Origin: an uncultured Lachnotalea sp.
GTDB taxonomy: Bacteria > Bacillota > Clostridia > Lachnospirales > Lachnospiraceae
NCBI GenBank assembly: GCA_948470255.1
Contig: CAOKOS010000005.1
Coordinates: 2,444-66,443, forward strand
Length of the DNA: 64,000 nucleotides
Direction of reading: 5' to 3'
This document shows positions 59,180 through 64,000 of the stretch, piece after piece. The notes below the pieces were generated by a model. It was not told the origin of the DNA and did no database searches. It was given only the letters and a program-made list of their open reading frames with translations. A program made the position numbers and the translations under genes. Each line of letters starts with the position of its first letter. Positions within the stretch are counted from its first letter, which is position 1.

Positions 59180-59727
59180 TGATTGTTTTTCTTTTGGAGG
59201 AGCCTTTGATGAAAGCGCTTCTGGACATTATATTGCCGAAAATTTTGCCGGATACGATAGCTTTTAAGACGATTGCCCATAGCGGGAAAAGCGATCTGCA
59301 GGAATCCATTCCGAGAAAACTGAAAGCCTGGAGACAGCCGGATACAAAGTTTGTGATCGTACATGATCAGGACAGTGGGGATTGCATAACGGTCAAAAAG
59401 GCGTTGGAAGAACTGGCGCGGCCAGCCGGCAGGGAAGTTTTGATCCGTATAGTCTGCCGGGAGCTGGAGGCATGGTATTTTGGCGACTTGCAGGCAGTGT
59501 CGAAAGCATATCACAGGAATGTTGTTTCTTTGAGCAGAAAAACCAAATACCGTATCCCCGATGCAATCGGGAATCCAAAAGAGGAACTGAGGAAATTGTT
59601 TCCCAACCACCAGCAGCTTGACGGAGCCAGGAGGATTGCCGTACATATGGATATACAAAATAATAGATCAGAGAGCTTCCGGCAATTTGTTTCCGGTGTC
59701 CAGAGGATAGCACATGTCTGTGGCTGA
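59176..59727 (+). CDS. DUF4276-like TOPRIM-fold protein
   Basis: FLLEE, VIVHDQD..DC, CRELEAWYFGD, N.S.SF..F; ATGA overlap with the ATPase stop. Confidence 0.78.
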   Translation: MMIVFLLEEPLMKALLDIILPKILPDTIAFKTIAHSGKSDLQESIPRKLKAWRQPDTKFVIVHDQDSGDCITVKKALEELARPAGREVLIRIVCRELEAWYFGDLQAVSKAYHRNVVSLSRKTKYRIPDAIGNPKEELRKLFPNHQQLDGARRIAVHMDIQNNRSESFRQFVSGVQRIAHVCG

Positions 59728-59758
59728 TAAAGTACGGACGGCTATCATGGGAAAAACC

Positions 59759-59787
59759 TTGAATTTTCTGGAAAACGGTATTATAAT
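59759..59787 (+). promoter_or_regulatory. Sigma-A promoter of the riboswitch-ABC operon
   Basis: TTGAAT-17-TATAAT. Confidence 0.7.
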
Positions 59788-59820
59788 TAATATGTTTGTA
59801 AGTTCAGATTAAGCTACAAA

Positions 59821-60007
59821 TAACTCCAGTGCCGTTTCGGCTTAATAAAGGAACAGTGTGAGATTCACTGGCAGCTTACACCTGAGGTAAGGCGGACAAG
59901 ATTCCAAAAAGCCATTGCAGGTTTACTCCTGTGAGAAGGCGGAATTGCGGTTGATGCCAAGTCCTAAGACTTACTGGAGCTATCTTACAAATCCCTGGTA
60001 AGAGGGA
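59821..60007 (+). promoter_or_regulatory. Cobalamin riboswitch (sequence-divergent, class I-like)
   Basis: P1 CTCCAGT/ACTGGAG; GGAA-CAGTG-TGAGATT-CACTG P4; GCCATTG...GAGAAGGC; AAGT...AAGAC; P13 TCCCT-GGTAAG-AGGGA able to pair with L5 CTTAC. Confidence 0.82.
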
Positions 60008-60160
60008 GGAGAAAGGGGACGAGGGCTTGAATACTTCTTAAATTTCTATTATATCTACAGTTATTTCTGTTTATTTCAAGAATGATCTCAGAAATTTTCA
60101 AATGTTCAACAGGATTTAGACGACTACAAAACTTAAAAAGTACAAAAAGGAGATTTTTTC

Positions 60161-61282
60161 ATGAAGAAAAGATTATTGGCGGCAGTACTTTGCTGCGTGA
60201 TGGCGGCAGCTCTTTTTGCGGGCTGCGGAGATAAGGAAAACGGGACAAATAAAGCGGGAGAGACAACAGAAGACAACAAAAAAAGTGAGAGTACGGAACA
60301 AAAAACGGAAGAGCCGTCTTCTACGGGGAAGGAAACGGCCGGGGCGGAGACAAAACAGGCATCGGGGGAGGGCAGTTATGCTCCGGTGACAATTACGTTA
60401 AACTTGGAACGCTCCGGCCTTGGGGAGAATGTGGAACATACTTTTACGGAAATGCCTTCCCACGTTGTAGCTTCCGGGGATCAGATGGCGGATTTCTTTT
60501 TTGACCTGGGACTGGAAGGTCAGATGGCGGGCTACACGAAAGGCTCCTGCTGGAGCCTGGTATCGGAATATCCGGCCAGGGAGCAAGTCCCCCAGCTTAC
60601 AGAACCGGGGAAGGGGATCACAACATTGTCCAAGGAAGAGCTTTTGGGAATCAACTGTGATTTCCTGATGGGCTGGGATTCCGTATTTTCAGACAAAAAT
60701 TTCAGTTCTGAGTTCTGCAGTGAAAACGGCATTGCCATGTATTTCCCTTATGTGTGTTCCGACCATGCGGCGTTTGAAGATTTGTATAAGGATTATGAGG
60801 TCTTGGGACAGATTTTCAAGGTGGAAGACCTGGCGGCAGAAAAAGTGCAGGCGATGAAAGATACACTGCAGATGGTAAAAGATACGTTGGGAGAAGAGGC
60901 ATATGAAAATCCGGTGACAGTCTTTGCTTATGATTCTGGAGAGGAAGCCCCTTTTACTGCGTGTCAGGGTATGCCCGGAGATATTCTGAAACTGGCTGGA
61001 GGCATCTCGATCTTTGATGATATTGAGGCTGGATGGGCGACACCTTCCTGGGAAGAAGTGGTGGAGCGGGATCCGGATGTGATTTTGATCCTGGACTATA
61101 ATGGAGATGTGAAAGAAAAAGAAGAATTTTTACGGACCAATGACGCGACAAAGGATCTGAGGGCGGTAAAAGAAGGGCGGATTTTTTCCGCCTGCTGCTC
61201 TGATATGCAAGGGTCGGCTGGGTCTGCGAAAGCAGTGGAAATGATTGCAAAACAGCTGTACCCGGACAAGTTTGAAAACTGA
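60161..61282 (+). CDS. ABC transporter substrate-binding lipoprotein (BtuF/FecB class)
   Basis: Lipobox FAGC, charged linker, SKEELL...CDFL.GW, SWEEVV.RDPDVI, L.AVK.GR. Confidence 0.88.
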   Translation: MKKRLLAAVLCCVMAAALFAGCGDKENGTNKAGETTEDNKKSESTEQKTEEPSSTGKETAGAETKQASGEGSYAPVTITLNLERSGLGENVEHTFTEMPSHVVASGDQMADFFFDLGLEGQMAGYTKGSCWSLVSEYPAREQVPQLTEPGKGITTLSKEELLGINCDFLMGWDSVFSDKNFSSEFCSENGIAMYFPYVCSDHAAFEDLYKDYEVLGQIFKVEDLAAEKVQAMKDTLQMVKDTLGEEAYENPVTVFAYDSGEEAPFTACQGMPGDILKLAGGISIFDDIEAGWATPSWEEVVERDPDVILILDYNGDVKEKEEFLRTNDATKDLRAVKEGRIFSACCSDMQGSAGSAKAVEMIAKQLYPDKFEN

Positions 61283-61370
61283 CAGATAAGAGCAGAAGGG
61301 GTGTCGGGCAGACATCAATACCAGAACTGTTTACAGGATCCGGCTCCCCTTTTCCTTTCGGGAGGATGAA

Positions 61371-62426
61371 ATGACAAACCGACATAGAATCCGAAGCCGG
61401 ACACAGTATATGGCCTTTATTGCAGGAATCTGTGTCCTCATCGGGATTGCTGCCTGCCTGTCCATATTGATTGGGGCGGTGGAAATCTATCCAGGGGACA
61501 TTGGAAAAATTATTCTCAACAAAATGATGGGACGAGAGTTTTTTGCCTGTACTTGGGAAGATAATGTGGAGACGATCATTTGGAATATCCGCCTGCCCCG
61601 TGTGCTGATGGCTTGTATCGTGGGGGCGGGACTTTCTGTATGCGGCGTCCTCATGCAGGCGCTGACGAAAAATTCCCTGGCAGACCCTTATGTTCTGGGA
61701 ATTTCTTCCGGCGCTTCTGCAGGGGCTGTCTGCGCCATTGTACTGGGCCTTTTCAGTTTTATGGGAGGATATTCCACCATGTTCGGCGCAACCCTGGGAG
61801 CTACAGTCTCCATTATCCTTTCCTTAAAAATTGCGTCTTTGAGAGGAAGAATCACTTCCACCCAGCTTGTATTGGCAGGAATTGCGACTTCCGCCTTGTT
61901 TACTGCCCTGACAAATCTGTTTATCTACGGTTTCCATACGGGTTCGGATAAAACAAAGACAGCCCAGTATTGGATGGTTGGTTCCTTAAGTGGGGCAAGC
62001 TGGGGGAAGACAGGGTATGTGGCTGTTGTTTTTGCCTTGGCCATTGTGGTCATTCTGCTTTTTGCCAGAGATCTGGATGTTTTGCTTTTGGGGGATGACG
62101 TGGCGGAAAACCTGGGTGTCAATACCGGCAGGATTAAATTGGTCATTATCATAATGTCCACGCTCCTGACAGGCGTGGTAGTTTCCGTGAGCGGAGTGAT
62201 CGGCTTCATCGGCCTGGTGGTTCCCCATATGGTGAGAACCATTGTCGGCTCCAAACATAAACGGCTGATTCCGGCCGTGATTTTGGTGGGAGGCCTTTTT
62301 ACCATGGCGGCAGATATGGTGTCACGTGTGGTCATTGCTCCGGAAGAACTGCCGATCGGTATTATTTCCGCGTTGATCGGGGCGCCGTTCTTTTTGTATC
62401 TGATAAGGAGCAGTAAGGCCAGATAG
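61371..62426 (+). CDS. FecCD/BtuC-family ABC permease
   Basis: IRLPR, N.LADPY.LG.SSGA, GVIGFIGLVVPH, ELPIG. Confidence 0.95.
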   Translation: MTNRHRIRSRTQYMAFIAGICVLIGIAACLSILIGAVEIYPGDIGKIILNKMMGREFFACTWEDNVETIIWNIRLPRVLMACIVGAGLSVCGVLMQALTKNSLADPYVLGISSGASAGAVCAIVLGLFSFMGGYSTMFGATLGATVSIILSLKIASLRGRITSTQLVLAGIATSALFTALTNLFIYGFHTGSDKTKTAQYWMVGSLSGASWGKTGYVAVVFALAIVVILLFARDLDVLLLGDDVAENLGVNTGRIKLVIIIMSTLLTGVVVSVSGVIGFIGLVVPHMVRTIVGSKHKRLIPAVILVGGLFTMAADMVSRVVIAPEELPIGIISALIGAPFFLYLIRSSKAR

Positions 62427-62435
62427 GAGGTACAT

Positions 62436-63212
62436 ATGCGTTTATCTGTCAGACAGTTAGATTATCAGATTGAAGGGACTACTATTTTGAAAAATATTTC
62501 CCTGGAAATCAGAGAGGGGGAGTTTGTGGGTCTGGTGGGACCCAATGGCTGTGGGAAGTCCACTTTATTAAAGGCAATTTATAAAACTTACAAGCCCCAA
62601 AAGGGTGCCGTATTTGTGGACGGACGGGACGTCTGCGGGCTGGCTCCCAGGGAAATGGCCAGGGAGATGGCTGTCATGGCCCAGGAAAACAGCGTGGAAT
62701 TTGATTTGGAAGTCATGGACATGGTTATGTATGGGAGGTATTCCCATCGGAAATTTTTTGAGGGAGAGAAAAAAGAAGACCGGGAAATCTGTCTGCGTTT
62801 TATTCGGGAAGTGGGGCTTGCAGGTTACGAGCACCGCTCTTATTTAAGCCTTTCGGGAGGTGAAAAACAGCGGGTACTCCTTGCCAGGGCTTTGACCCAG
62901 GGGAGCCGCCTGATTGTGCTGGACGAACCCACCAACCATTTGGACGTCCGTTTTCAGTACTTAATTATGCAGACTTTGAAAAAGCAGGATGTGACGGTTT
63001 TTTCCTCCATCCATGACCTGAACCTTGCCGCAATGTACTGTGACAGGATCCTTCTAATGGATCAGGGGCAGATCATCCAGGCGGGGACGCCGGAAGAAGT
63101 GATCACCGCAGAAAATATTGGCCGGATTTTTGGTGTGGATACCCAGATTACGGTCAATGAGCTGACAGGGAAGATTCAGGTTTATTATCTTCCAGATGAA
63201 ACCGGGATTTAG
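62436..63212 (+). CDS. FecE/BtuD-family ABC ATP-binding protein
   Basis: GPNGCGKST, LSGGEKQR, LDEPTNHLD, HDLNLAA.YCD. Confidence 0.95.
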   Translation: MRLSVRQLDYQIEGTTILKNISLEIREGEFVGLVGPNGCGKSTLLKAIYKTYKPQKGAVFVDGRDVCGLAPREMAREMAVMAQENSVEFDLEVMDMVMYGRYSHRKFFEGEKKEDREICLRFIREVGLAGYEHRSYLSLSGGEKQRVLLARALTQGSRLIVLDEPTNHLDVRFQYLIMQTLKKQDVTVFSSIHDLNLAAMYCDRILLMDQGQIIQAGTPEEVITAENIGRIFGVDTQITVNELTGKIQVYYLPDETGI

Positions 63213-63303
63213 ATTTTATCTGGAAAGGCAGTATAATCTGTAAAAAGCAGCACATAATGAAAAGAAAGTCCGTGAAAAAGGGGAATTTCCGGGGATTTTA
63301 GAA

Positions 63304-63332
63304 TTGACAAAAAAAGTTTCCTATTATAAAAT
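63304..63332 (+). promoter_or_regulatory. Sigma-A promoter of aspS
   Basis: TTGACA-17-TAAAAT. Confidence 0.75.
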
Positions 63333-63349
63333 ACGGTAGTATAAATAAG

Positions 63350-63612
63350 TAAAGGCGATGACGAAGACAAGTAGTGCGGATAATCGCTTCCAGTGAGCAG
63401 GAGACAGTGGAAACCCTGTAGAATGAATTCGTATGAATAACACTTCCGAGCTGCAATCTGAACCCTGCGGGAAGTAGGCAGTAGGTGCGTCGTGGGTCAA
63501 GCGTGAATTGACAGCCATGAGGGGACTGCCATTTTGGGCAGTAAGTCAGGTGGTACCGCGGAGAGTGAAGACTGTTCGTCCTGAAAGAAATTTTGAGGGC
63601 GGGCAGTTTTTT
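63350..63612 (+). promoter_or_regulatory. T-box riboswitch, probable Asn (AAC) specifier
   Basis: Stem I GCGATGA.GAAG..AGTAG; specifier loop GAAT-AAC-A at 63439-63441; T-box AGGTGGTACCGCG at 63548-63560; terminator GACTGTTCGTCC...GGGCGGGCAGTTTTTT. Confidence 0.9.
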
Positions 63613-63682
63613 GTCGTATAGGAAACTTCCGAAGGCAAGCGTATTTGTAATCTTTTTAATACAGGGAAAGGAGAAAAAGGCA

Positions 63683-64000
63683 ATGTCAGATATTTACCGC
63701 AGCAAGACTATGAATCAGATGGGTGAGGGCGACGTGGGAGAGGAGCTTAAGATCGCCGGATGGGTGGAAAACATCAGAGATCACGGCGGCGTATCTTTTA
63801 TTGACCTGCGCGATATGTACGGGGTTATGCAGGTGGTGCTTAGGGATACGGAGTTGTTAAAAGGAATCCGGAAAGAAGAATGTATTTCTGTGGAAGGTTT
63901 GGTGGAGCACAGGGATGAGGAAACCTACAATCCCAAGATTCCCACGGGAACCATTGAGCTGGAGGCACATAAGATTACTGTGCTGGGAAAAGTGTACCGG
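63683..64000 (+). CDS. aspS: Aspartate--tRNA ligase, 5' part (truncated by window end), probably non-discriminating
   Basis: RBS GAAAGGAG; translates as MSDIYRS...AGWVENIRDHGGVSFIDLRD...NPKIPTGTIEL. Confidence 0.92.
   Translation, partial: MSDIYRSKTMNQMGEGDVGEELKIAGWVENIRDHGGVSFIDLRDMYGVMQVVLRDTELLKGIRKEECISVEGLVEHRDEETYNPKIPTGTIELEAHKITVLGKVYR

Overview
A chromosomal window from a Firmicute. Gene content, sigma-A promoters, the T-box, ZTP and cobalamin riboswitches and the tmRNA tag ADEQLAYAA point to Clostridia/Lachnospiraceae (inference). Most of it is housekeeping: ACT regulator-hom-aspartokinase, tex, a tsaE-tsaB-rimI-rnz-tsaD-ispD cluster, panB-ilvE, glgB, mscS, typA, PBP1A, trxB, ssrA, purH, a Bce-type two-component system with its ABC transporter, a cobalamin-riboswitch-controlled ABC importer, and the start of an Asn-T-box-controlled aspS. 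Accessory segments stand out: (1) an AT-rich islet encoding a secreted minimal caspase/CHAT-fold His-Cys protein with a membrane-anchored PepSY-like partner, followed by a ParE-type toxin-antitoxin pair; (2) an operon joining a polar amino-acid ABC importer, an atypical threonine aldolase, DhaK/DhaL and a LacI regulator, which suggests an uncharacterised catabolic route for a polyhydroxy amino acid; (3) an ABC-ATPase plus DUF4276-like TOPRIM pair, a candidate anti-phage system; (4) an Lsa-type ABC-F gene with a readable leader-peptide attenuator; (5) a tandem, highly structured ~127-bp intergenic repeat. All calls come from motif recognition by eye. No database searches were run.
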